A stretch of DNA of 50,603 nucleotides from a virus (taxonomy: Duplodnaviria > Caudoviricetes), in IMG/VR virus record IMGVR_UViG_3300032309_001784, positions 1 to 50,603 of that record. One strand, written 5' to 3'. Shown here piece after piece: positions 36,113 through 44,393 of this stretch. The position numbers and the translations under genes are program-made. The notes beneath the pieces are model-generated. The model was not told the DNA's origin. It saw nothing but the letters and a program-made list of their open reading frames with translations, and searched no databases. How positions within the stretch are numbered: the stretch's first letter is position 1; each line of letters starts with the position of its first letter.

Positions 36113-36181
36113 ATGTTTGAGCACTTGATCTTGGGCCTGCTGGTGGCCGCCGTCTTCGTCTTGGCGATCCGCAGCCGCTAA
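36113..36181 (+). CDS. Possible 22-aa transmembrane peptide
   Basis: MFEHLILGLLVAAVFVLAIRSR*. Confidence 0.35.
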   Translation: MFEHLILGLLVAAVFVLAIRSR

Positions 36182-36184
36182 CCG

Positions 36185-36215
36185 CTGCAAGCCTGCTGAC
36201 CGCTCACCGTAGGAT
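36185..36215 (+). promoter_or_regulatory. Putative late promoter CTGCAAG-N18-TAGGAT, leaderless start at 36222
   Basis: Motif copy; ATG 6 nt after the hexamer. Confidence 0.65.
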
Positions 36216-36221
36216 CATGCT

Positions 36222-36596
36222 ATGGCTGATTACAGTGTCTTGCCGGCTCAGTTGGATCTCGCCTTCGTTCGCGGCGACGAGTTCAATATGAGCATTGACT
36301 TGTCGTTCGACGGCACCGGATACACGTGGTCAGCAGTTGTTTTTGAGGCGTCGCTGGCGGCTCAAAATGCAGGTATCGGGTCTGCCACTGGGACCTACAG
36401 TCAGGGGGCAACGGCTGCGACATTCTCCATCGACACTGTCAGTGCGGCAAATGCTCAGTACATCATCAGCCTGACTGAAGTGCAGACGCTCGCGCTTGAC
36501 GTGACTCTTTCGTACCGTTGGTTTTTCCGTGGCGTGTCGCCCGGTGGCGTGACCCGCACATATCTCTCTGGCTCAGTAAGCCCGAGGACGCCATGA
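36222..36596 (+). CDS. Fibre-adaptor (BppU-N-like) virion protein
   Basis: LDLAFVRGDEF...ISLTEVQT...TRTYLSG; paralog of 39369..39683. Confidence 0.55.
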   Translation: MADYSVLPAQLDLAFVRGDEFNMSIDLSFDGTGYTWSAVVFEASLAAQNAGIGSATGTYSQGATAATFSIDTVSAANAQYIISLTEVQTLALDVTLSYRWFFRGVSPGGVTRTYLSGSVSPRTP

Positions 36597-37246
36597 GCGA
36601 GATTACTGTCAGCGCTGGCAGCGGCAGCCCCGTTTCTGTCTCGGTCAGTGGCGGCACTGCCGCAGTCACGGTCACTCAAGTTGGAGGCGACCGTGGGCCT
36701 TCGGGTGCGACCGGGCCGGCAAACTCTCTGACGATTGGAACAGTAACGACGGGAGCCCCCGGCTCAACTGCCGTTGCTGTCATCACGGGCACAGCGCCTA
36801 ATCAAGTAATTTCTTTCACGATCCCAAGGGGAGACGCAGGTCAGCAAGGTGCGCAGGGGCCTGCCGGTGCTAGCGGCGCGTCGGGTAGCGTCGGTGCGAC
36901 CGGCCCTGCCGGGCCTCCTAACTCGTTGACGATTGGCAGCGTTGTCACTCTTGCGGCAGGATCTTCGGCCGTCGCCACCATCACCGGCACGTCGCCAAAC
37001 CAAATTCTTTCACTGTCGATCCCGCGTGGCGATGCCGGTGCCAGCGGATCTGCTGGCGCTGCCGGCCCGGCGGGTCCAGCAAACTCACTGACCATCGGCA
37101 CCGTGACAACTGGCGCGACGGCGTCAGCCACAATCACTGGCACCGCACCAAACCAGACCTTGAGCCTTGTGCTGCCTCGCGGCGAAAAGGGCGACACAGG
37201 CCCTTCCGGCGGCGTCTCCCTCGGCCTGGTACTCGCGCTCTCATAG
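36593..37246 (+). CDS. Collagen-like fibre protein
   Basis: Gly-X-Y runs alternating with three NSLTIGxVxT...ITGTxPNQ...PRG modules. Confidence 0.8.
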   Translation: MSEITVSAGSGSPVSVSVSGGTAAVTVTQVGGDRGPSGATGPANSLTIGTVTTGAPGSTAVAVITGTAPNQVISFTIPRGDAGQQGAQGPAGASGASGSVGATGPAGPPNSLTIGSVVTLAAGSSAVATITGTSPNQILSLSIPRGDAGASGSAGAAGPAGPANSLTIGTVTTGATASATITGTAPNQTLSLVLPRGEKGDTGPSGGVSLGLVLALS

Positions 37247-37255
37247 GAAAACGCA

Positions 37256-37630
37256 ATGGCAAACCCCAACCTCGCATCCGCCTCCAACGTCCTCGTCGGC
37301 AATGCCCTCATTCGTTTGACAAGCACGTCAGCCACGCAGGTTGTCTCCAACGCTGCGAGCAGCGGCAAGGCGTATTTGATCGACTCGCTGATCGTCTCCA
37401 ACGTGGACGGCAGCAACACGGCAGAAATCACCATCGACCTGTTTGCGAGCGCGACAAACACGGGCACGGCGACGAAGATCGCTCACACCGTAACCGTCCC
37501 GGCCGACGCTACGCTAATCGTGATTGGCAAGGAAAACCCGCTTTCGTTGCTGGAGGCTCAGTCGATTTACGCCACCGCGTCGGCGGCAGACGATCTCCAT
37601 GTGATCGCAAGTTGGAAAGAGCTGTCGTGA
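37256..37630 (+). CDS. Virion structural protein (hypothetical)
   Basis: MANPNL...SLIVSNVDG...VTVPADATLIVI. Confidence 0.6.
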   Translation: MANPNLASASNVLVGNALIRLTSTSATQVVSNAASSGKAYLIDSLIVSNVDGSNTAEITIDLFASATNTGTATKIAHTVTVPADATLIVIGKENPLSLLEAQSIYATASAADDLHVIASWKELS

Positions 37631-38520
37631 GTAGGCCACCTGGCGGATACATCGGGTTAAGTCGCGTGCCAACGCTTTCTGCGGCGTCTGGCGTTTGGTC
37701 GCTGCGAGAGGCAGAGACAGCAAAGCGATCGGGCATTTGGCCGGTGCCGGCTGTGCTTGTGGACTATCTGGTAATTGCCGGTGGTGGTGGTGGCGGAAGG
37801 TTTTACTCTGGCGGCGGCGGGGCAGGAGGGTTTTTGTCTGGCTCTGACCTGCCATTGTTAATGGGATCGGCATACACCGTAACCGTTGGCGCTGGTGGCG
37901 CGGCCCTCACGGCTAGTGGCTCCGGGAGCGGTGCGAAGGGATCAAACAGTGTTTTTTCTGCGATTACGGCAGAGGGCGGGGGATTTGGTAGCGGAAATAG
38001 CTCTGGGGGCGTGGCTGGCGGCAGCGGCGGTTCGGGGGGAGGAGGCGGCGGCGCATCTTCTGGCGGTTCCGGCGGGGCTGCGGCATCTGGTCAAGGCAAC
38101 GCTGGTGGCAACGCCAGCAATTTGGGTGGCGGTGGTGGTGGTGGCGCTGGAGCAGTTGGGCAAAACGCATCAGGAAGCACCGCTGGCGCTGGCGGCGCTG
38201 GCTCTGCATCCTCAATCACTGGCTCGTCGATCACCTACGCAGGCGGCGGCGGCGGGTCAGCCAGCACACTTGGATCGGGCGGGGCTGGCGGCGGCGGTAG
38301 CGGAGCTACAGACGCCGTAACTGGAGGCAACGGCGAAACGTCAAAGGGTGCTGGCGGCGGTGGAGGTTCCAGCCCGAGAAACGGAGGCAGCGGAGGCTCA
38401 GGCGTCGTCATCATTCGCTCGTTAGTCGCCGCCGCTTCCACAACTGGCTCTCCGACTGTCTCGACAAGCGGCCCGCATACGATTTACACGTTCGCAGGGA
38501 GCGGGAGCATTACGTTTTAG
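37627..38520 (+). CDS. Glycine-rich fibre-associated protein
   Basis: VDYLVIAGGGGGG...GGSGGSGVVIIR glycine-rich domain. Confidence 0.75.
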   Translation: MSRPPGGYIGLSRVPTLSAASGVWSLREAETAKRSGIWPVPAVLVDYLVIAGGGGGGRFYSGGGGAGGFLSGSDLPLLMGSAYTVTVGAGGAALTASGSGSGAKGSNSVFSAITAEGGGFGSGNSSGGVAGGSGGSGGGGGGASSGGSGGAAASGQGNAGGNASNLGGGGGGGAGAVGQNASGSTAGAGGAGSASSITGSSITYAGGGGGSASTLGSGGAGGGGSGATDAVTGGNGETSKGAGGGGGSSPRNGGSGGSGVVIIRSLVAAASTTGSPTVSTSGPHTIYTFAGSGSITF

Positions 38521-38522
38521 TC

Positions 38523-38756
38523 ATGGCACACTTTGCTGAATTAGACGAGAGCAACATCGTCACGCGAGTGATCGTCGTGGCAAACGCCGAGCTGGCAGAC
38601 GGTGACACAGAAAGCGAGGCCAAAGGCGTCGCGTTTCTTTCGGCGCTCTATGGTCACGAGCGATGGAAGCAGACCAGCTACAACGCTAACATGCGAGGCG
38701 TCTACGCCGGAATCGGCATGAGGTATGACGAAGCGAAAGACGAGTTTGTGCCATGA
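38523..38756 (+). CDS. Conserved small phage protein downstream of glycine-rich gene
   Basis: MAHFAELDESNIVTRVIVV...WKQTSYN...YAGIG. Confidence 0.7.
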   Translation: MAHFAELDESNIVTRVIVVANAELADGDTESEAKGVAFLSALYGHERWKQTSYNANMRGVYAGIGMRYDEAKDEFVP

Positions 38757-38820
38757 GACACACCCTTGAACCCCTTCCCAGCCGCTAGCTGAGTCCATCA
38801 CCCACAGTATCGCACAAACC

Positions 38821-39198
38821 ATGCCGATCAACCCCCGATTAATGCGACCGCGTGCCCGCCCAGCGGGCAACAGGCTGACCGCAAGCGGCTGGAGCGGCGC
38901 AGGAACGTCGGCTAGCAAATTGGCACCGCCTGCCAGCCCTGCGACGTTTACCAGTTCTGCGTCTATCAGCGTTGCCACGAGCGGCACTTTGAACGTCAGT
39001 ATTGTTTCGGACGATAACTACAACGACCTATGGGAAGTAATCATCCGGCGCAACGGGACTGCGGTGTACTCCAACGACGGCAACGCCGCGAACGGCACGA
39101 CGTTTACTGTCGCTGTCACTGCGGGGCAGACGATCACGCTCGCGGTGAGCGGCGGCGGCGCGAGGTGGTTTGCTGGCACAAGGCTTTGGGTCGCATGA
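38821..39198 (+). CDS. Hypothetical beta-sandwich virion protein
   Basis: MPINPRLMRP leader followed by a Ser/Thr-rich domain. Confidence 0.55.
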   Translation: MPINPRLMRPRARPAGNRLTASGWSGAGTSASKLAPPASPATFTSSASISVATSGTLNVSIVSDDNYNDLWEVIIRRNGTAVYSNDGNAANGTTFTVAVTAGQTITLAVSGGGARWFAGTRLWVA

Positions 39199-39365
39199 AA
39201 TCAGCCCTCATTGAACTGATGATCTGCGGCACAGTCGGAACCTATTGCGTCATGCGGTGTGCATCACTGGTGCCAGCAGCGTTTGCGGAGGCGAGAGCAG
39301 TGGTGGCGGCGGCGTTTGACAGGCAGCGTCGAATCGAAGAAGTCTTGGAGCCAAAGGGAGAGTAA
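39195..39365 (+). CDS. Small hypothetical protein
   Basis: ATGA coupling; 56 aa. Confidence 0.4.
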   Translation: MKSALIELMICGTVGTYCVMRCASLVPAAFAEARAVVAAAFDRQRRIEEVLEPKGE

Positions 39366-39368
39366 TCG

Positions 39369-39683
39369 ATGCCGTCATACGACCAGACACCGGGCACGCT
39401 CAATCTGTCGTTCAATCGCGCGGATGACTTTTCCGCGCTGATCGACCTGAGTATTTCTATTGTCGGGTACACCCTTACGGCAACCGTCACTAGCCTTGTC
39501 ACAGGAGCGGACGTTGTTCCGTTTACGGTGACGATCCCGTCGGCGGCAAACGGGCAAGTCAACATCGCCCTGACCGACACGCAGACCGCCGCCTTGGCTC
39601 GTGGCACCTACGGCTGGAATATGAAGTGGACTGAGAACGCAGCCACACGCACTGCACTGACGGGCTTCGTGGAGGTGCTCTGA
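39369..39683 (+). CDS. Fibre-adaptor (BppU-N-like) virion protein
   Basis: [11 protein letters not shown]...IALTDTQT...TRTALTG; paralog of 36222..36596. Confidence 0.55.
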   Translation: MPSYDQTPGTLNLSFNRADDFSALIDLSISIVGYTLTATVTSLVTGADVVPFTVTIPSAANGQVNIALTDTQTAALARGTYGWNMKWTENAATRTALTGFVEVL

Positions 39684-41746
39684 TGCCGTCCATCAACGCC
39701 AGTGTGACCGGACAGCCGCAGATTCAGGCGAACGTCGGCGAGACGCAGATTGACGTTTCGGTGGGCGGCGGCGAACCGCAGGTTGGCGTTTCAGTTGGCG
39801 GCGGCTTTGGCCCAAGCGGACTCGCCGGGGCGGCGTCAACCGTTACCGTCGGCACCGTGACCACTGGCGCACCGGGTTCTTCGGCAAGCGTAGTCAACGC
39901 AGGATCAAGTAGTGCGGCTGTTCTCAATTTCACAATCCCGCAAGGCCCAGCGGGCAGCAACGCAAGCGCGACAACCGATGCCTCAGCTCTCGTTACCGGC
40001 ACGCTGCCGGACGACCGCCTGTCAAGAAACATCGCCCGCACAAGCGACGTTACGGGCGCCGTGGCGGCAGTCGTGAACGCAGCCCCAGCCTCGCTCGACA
40101 CGCTGAAGGAACTTGCCGACGCCCTTGGCAACGATGCTTCGTTTGCGTCAACCGTGACCAACTCGTTGGCGGCGAAAGCACCGCTGGCAAGCCCGACGTT
40201 CACTGGCACAGTCTCTGGAATTACTAAGAGCATGGTGGGCCTTGGCAACGTCGCAAACGTGGACGCGACGGCCAGGGCAAACCACACTGGGACGCAGGCC
40301 GTGTCCACGATCGACGGCCTCGATGCTGCGCTCGATGGCAAGGCGGCGGCTGGCCATGGGCACGACGCAAACGAGATCACCATCTCCGACGGTGACGGTT
40401 CCTACAGCACGACAATCGATTACATCGTTTCAGAGTTTCTCTACAACCTATCGTTCCAATCCACAACCGGCAACACTGGGGCTGGCTCGGCTGCATCGAG
40501 ACTGGCGGCGAACCGCACAGCGCTTGGCGTAGGGTACGGGACTAGCGCCACGACGGTATGCGTTGGTAACGATAGTCGGTTGAGTAACGCGAGGACGCCG
40601 ACCGGAGCGGCTGGCGGCTCGCTGGCTGGCACCTACCCGAATCCAACGATTGCCAGCACTGCCGTCACGGCTGGCTCCTACGGCAGTGGAACCGAAGTTG
40701 CGACGTTCACTGTTGGAGCCGATGGCAGGCTAACCGCTGCCGAGTCGGCGAGCATCGCCCTGGCGGGATCGGCGATCACCAGCGGCACCGTCGCTGCGGC
40801 GAGACTCGGCAGCGGGACGGCGAACAACACGACGTTTTTACGCGGCGATTCTGCCTACGCCCCCGTCGGCGAGGTCTACGAGTTCACGCGCAGCAGCAAG
40901 CCAGCGGACGCGACCGGCAGCGGCGGGTCCTATTCGTGGACGATTCCCGCCAACGCAAGGCTTGTAGAGTTTTTCGCGGTCGGTGCTGGTGGTGGCGGCG
41001 GGTCTGGCCGTCGCGGTGCTGCTGGGTCGGCTCGTTTTGGTGGTGGCGGCGGCGGCAGCGGCGGCGTGATGTTGTTCACTCGGGCCGTCGCGGACTTGTC
41101 AACGCGGTCAATCTCCATGATTGTCGGCGCAGGTGGAGTTGGCGGTGCTGCCGTGACGGCCGACGACACCAACGGCAACAACGCAGCGGCGGCAACGGAC
41201 ACGCAAATAACGATTGGCTCTCAAGCGATGTACGCCTCGCGCGGCGCTGGCGGCTCCGGCGGCACGGCTGCGGCTGGCGCAGGCGGCAGCGGTGGGAACG
41301 CGCTCTATAACGGAAACGCCGGGGCTAACAGCAGCGCAACGGCTAACCCCAACGGGACGAACGTAAGCACGGTGGCCGGATTTACTGCGGCTGGCGGCGG
41401 CGCTGGTGGCGGAATATCAACCGGCAATGCTTCGTACAGCGGCTCGCTGGCTCGGGCGCAGGGCTGGAACGTCGGCGGTTTGAATGCCAACTCCAACGGT
41501 GGCACGGCCCCAGGCGGCAGCGGTCAAAACGCCACCGACGCTTTCACGACTGCCTTTGCCGGTCAGCCCGGCGGCTCTGGCGGTGGCGGTGCTGCCGGTA
41601 ACGATTCAAATAATGGCGGCACCGGCGGCAACGGCGCTGCGTATGGCGGTGCCGGTGGTGGTGGCGGGGCGTCGGTCAACGGACGCAATAGCGGTGCAGG
41701 CGGCAACGGGGCCGACGGGTATGTCCGAATCACGGTGTGGTACTAA
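39683..41746 (+). CDS. Tail fibre protein with C-terminal glycine-rich domain
   Basis: 687 aa; [29 protein letters not shown], glycine-rich C-terminus. Confidence 0.85.
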   Translation: MPSINASVTGQPQIQANVGETQIDVSVGGGEPQVGVSVGGGFGPSGLAGAASTVTVGTVTTGAPGSSASVVNAGSSSAAVLNFTIPQGPAGSNASATTDASALVTGTLPDDRLSRNIARTSDVTGAVAAVVNAAPASLDTLKELADALGNDASFASTVTNSLAAKAPLASPTFTGTVSGITKSMVGLGNVANVDATARANHTGTQAVSTIDGLDAALDGKAAAGHGHDANEITISDGDGSYSTTIDYIVSEFLYNLSFQSTTGNTGAGSAASRLAANRTALGVGYGTSATTVCVGNDSRLSNARTPTGAAGGSLAGTYPNPTIASTAVTAGSYGSGTEVATFTVGADGRLTAAESASIALAGSAITSGTVAAARLGSGTANNTTFLRGDSAYAPVGEVYEFTRSSKPADATGSGGSYSWTIPANARLVEFFAVGAGGGGGSGRRGAAGSARFGGGGGGSGGVMLFTRAVADLSTRSISMIVGAGGVGGAAVTADDTNGNNAAAATDTQITIGSQAMYASRGAGGSGGTAAAGAGGSGGNALYNGNAGANSSATANPNGTNVSTVAGFTAAGGGAGGGISTGNASYSGSLARAQGWNVGGLNANSNGGTAPGGSGQNATDAFTTAFAGQPGGSGGGGAAGNDSNNGGTGGNGAAYGGAGGGGGASVNGRNSGAGGNGADGYVRITVWY

Positions 41747-41748
41747 CC

Positions 41749-42072
41749 ATGCAATCTCTTGCAATCATAAACACTGCCGGTCGCGTCGTTACGTTCGTTC
41801 GTCCAGATGTTCCCGAAGGCTGGACGCCGCCGGACGGGTGCACGGCCGTGCCGGACGATCAGCTCCCGGAAGGCTGGGAGATGGCACCCGAGCGGCACGA
41901 TATGGCCGACGTTCGACGCGAGAGGAACGAGCGATTGGCAGCGAGCGATTGGACGCAAGTCGCAGACTCGCCGGTCGATCAGTCGGCATGGGCAGTGTAC
42001 CGTCAAGCCCTCCGCGATCTGCCGCAGGCTTACAGCGGCGAAGGCCCGATCCCGTGGCCTGTCACTCCGTAG
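41749..42072 (+). CDS. Tail fibre assembly chaperone
   Basis: VRRERNERLAASDWTQVADSP...WAVYRQALRDLP...WP. Confidence 0.85.
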   Translation: MQSLAIINTAGRVVTFVRPDVPEGWTPPDGCTAVPDDQLPEGWEMAPERHDMADVRRERNERLAASDWTQVADSPVDQSAWAVYRQALRDLPQAYSGEGPIPWPVTP

Positions 42073-42190
42073 TTCGCTCTTCACCTTAGAGAGAGTCGGT
42101 GCGCTCTTGCACCAGTGTTGAGTCTGTTACGAAACCTCTGCCGTAAGAAAAACGGGCATAGGTTTCTGTCGCACGGGTAGAATTTGAGCC

Positions 42191-42394
42191 ATGATCGCCA
42201 CGCTACGATTCACGCTGCCTGACGAGCAGGCCGAGTACGATGCCGCGAGGCTGGGCAGCGAGGCCATGCAGGTGCTATGGCAAATCGACCAGACCTGCCG
42301 CAGCCTGCTAAAGCACGGCACGCCGACCGCAGAGGAGCGACGGCTGGCAGAGCAGATACGCGAGATGATCCCTGGCGAGATGCTGGAGATTTGA
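42191..42394 (+). CDS. Small hypothetical protein (leaderless, own promoter)
   Basis: TAGAAT 7 nt upstream of ATG; 67 aa. Confidence 0.6.
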   Translation: MIATLRFTLPDEQAEYDAARLGSEAMQVLWQIDQTCRSLLKHGTPTAEERRLAEQIREMIPGEMLEI

Positions 42395-42624
42395 GAATTC
42401 AACCGAGTTTAGGGCGGTTTATCGAAAACAGATAAACCGGGCTAACTTCACTACACGCCGCAGAGAGAGTCCCGAGCGGGACACGGCAAGAACAGCAACG
42501 AGTTTTGTTCCCGCACGGGACGCTACTGAAATCAGAGAGCGTCGAATTTTTTTGGTTTACGATCTGACAACGCTCGCTACAGTGGTGGAGTGGGTTCTCT
42601 ACTCACAAACGAAAGGGCGATGCG

Positions 42625-42858
42625 ATGACCAACAACGAAGCGAAGATGGCGGAAGAGATTTGCAACTTGCGGGCTGCTCTGCGAGATGCCTCCGACCGGC
42701 TAGAGCAAGTGCTGGAATCGGGCCTTCCAGGCAAGGGCCGAAGCCAAGACGAAAAGGATTCGGTTGAGGGCTGGTGGGTCGATATGCACGCCTCCGTCCA
42801 GCGGGCCAATCGGTTGCTGTCGGAAACCAGCGAGTGGGCTGGCGTGATTGTCGGCTAG
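42625..42858 (+). CDS. Small hypothetical protein
   Basis: 77 aa; upstream TACAGT -10-like hexamer. Confidence 0.5.
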   Translation: MTNNEAKMAEEICNLRAALRDASDRLEQVLESGLPGKGRSQDEKDSVEGWWVDMHASVQRANRLLSETSEWAGVIVG

Positions 42859-42927
42859 TGCGCTACTGAGCGAATGTCGCGTCGTTAGGGGCATTTCAGA
42901 ACTGGCGGTCGCGCGTAGCATCGGGGC

Positions 42928-43380
42928 ATGGCCCAGGCGAAGCTCCGAGTGATCCCGTGCGAGTATGACGAAGCAAAGGCTTTCGTCTTGCGGCATCACC
43001 GGCACCACAAGCCACCATGCGGCCACAAGTTCTCTCTGGCGGTCGCCGACGATGCCAACGAAGTGCGGGCCGTGGTGATGGTCGGCAGGCCGGTCGCCCG
43101 CATGAACGATGACGGCATGACGCTTGAAGTCACACGCCTTGCCAGTGATGGCTGCCCTAATGCCTGCTCCTGCCTCTATGGGGCTGCTTGGAGGGCGACC
43201 AAGGCGCTGGGCTATGGACGGCTCATCACCTACATCCTTGATGACGAGCCCGGCGTGACGCTCAAGGCGTCGGGATGGAAATGTCTTGGGCAAAGGGGGG
43301 GGGGCAGCTGGAACTGCCCGAGCCGTCCGCGCGTGGATAAGCACCCACTCCAGAAGAAGCTCCTATGGGAAGCGTGCTGA
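42928..43380 (+). CDS. XF1762-like GNAT-fold protein (Mom-like candidate)
   Basis: HHRHHKPP.GHKFS...VGRPVAR..DDG.TLEVTRL..DG.PNACS.LY...ITY...E.G.TLKASGW. Confidence 0.7.
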   Translation: MAQAKLRVIPCEYDEAKAFVLRHHRHHKPPCGHKFSLAVADDANEVRAVVMVGRPVARMNDDGMTLEVTRLASDGCPNACSCLYGAAWRATKALGYGRLITYILDDEPGVTLKASGWKCLGQRGGGSWNCPSRPRVDKHPLQKKLLWEAC

Positions 43381-43435
43381 AGTGCGCTACTGCGGCGAGA
43401 GACGGCCGGTTTGACGCTCGCCGTACTCTGCCCGC

Positions 43436-43633
43436 ATGGACCCCGCCACTCCCACGCTCTTGCGGACGCTCGCCGGCTACCACGCGAGCACGAACCTTGT
43501 CGTGCATGTGCAGCACGCCGAGGAGGTGATCCGCCGGCAGCGGGCCGCTCTGCTCCAGGCGGCAGACCGGATCGAGGAGCTTGAGGCCCGGGCTGCAAGA
43601 GAGCCGGCTCTTCCCGCTAGCGTAGAGAGTTAG
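43436..43633 (+). CDS. Small hypothetical protein
   Basis: 65 aa; TACTCT 6 nt upstream; LLQAADRIEELEA. Confidence 0.55.
   Translation: MDPATPTLLRTLAGYHASTNLVVHVQHAEEVIRRQRAALLQAADRIEELEARAAREPALPASVES
43593..43623 (+). promoter_or_regulatory. Putative late promoter CTGCAAG-N18-TAGCGT upstream of packaging operon
   Basis: Exact motif copy. Confidence 0.65.
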
Positions 43634-43680
43634 GCCGCGTGGCTGGCCCGAGACCAGTGCCTTATCCAAGGAGTTGAGCA

Positions 43681-44037
43681 ATGTCCGAAATCAAGATGCG
43701 CCGCCGCTCGCGGCAGATCCCGATCACCCTCACGACCTCGACGGCGAACGCGACCACGCTGTTCACTGAGGACTTCGCGGGCGGTGTGGTTGATCTCGGC
43801 ACGATTGCGACCGCGGCTACCACGCTCCAGATGTGGGGAGCCTCGACTGAAGGCGGGAACTTCCGCCGGCTCTACAACACCGATGGCAGCGTGGCCGACA
43901 TCACGCTCGCCCCGAGCACTTCGGTGGGCACCATCTATGCCCTGCCCGATGCTGTGTTCGGCGTGCCATTCCTCGAAGTGCTGGTAGGCAACACCGCGGG
44001 CACCGGGGTTGTCGCGACTGTCACCCTCAAGAGCTAG
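43681..44037 (+). CDS. Hypothetical (likely virion) protein
   Basis: RBS AAGGAG; Thr-rich beta protein. Confidence 0.6.
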   Translation: MSEIKMRRRSRQIPITLTTSTANATTLFTEDFAGGVVDLGTIATAATTLQMWGASTEGGNFRRLYNTDGSVADITLAPSTSVGTIYALPDAVFGVPFLEVLVGNTAGTGVVATVTLKS

Positions 44038-44040
44038 CCC

Positions 44041-44364
44041 ATGCCGCAGCGGATCGAGATGTGGAAGCCGCCTCGCGGCACCGCGAAGATCCGCCGGCTG
44101 GAAGCCAGGCCGAACGGCTACCGGCGTGGCTACTGCGACCCGAAGCATCGCGCGTGGCGGCAGGCGGTGCTTGAGCGGGACGCTTACATGTGCCGGCACT
44201 GCTCTCGGGTTCTTGGCCGCAAGGGCGAGGCTCACGCCGATCACGTAATTCCAGTCAAGTTGCGTCCCGACCTGCGCTATGAGCTTTCCAACGGGCAAAC
44301 GCTCTGCCCGTCTTGTCACCAGAGAAAGACGAACGCCGAGACTAGGCGCGCAAACTCAGGTTGA
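44041..44364 (+). CDS. HNH endonuclease (HK97 gp74-like packaging cofactor)
   Basis: VLERDAYMCRHC...ADHVIP...NGQTLCPSCHQRKT; upstream of terminase. Confidence 0.85.
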   Translation: MPQRIEMWKPPRGTAKIRRLEARPNGYRRGYCDPKHRAWRQAVLERDAYMCRHCSRVLGRKGEAHADHVIPVKLRPDLRYELSNGQTLCPSCHQRKTNAETRRANSG

Positions 44365-44393
44365 TACATTCCGCCTACCACAAGGATGTGAGT

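Noticed and set aside
37780-41720. GGC/GGT-rich tracts as a second GGY array or as DGR repeats
   Set aside because: Period is 3 nt and encodes glycine-rich fibre domains; no reverse transcriptase or adenine-variable repeat pair was seen
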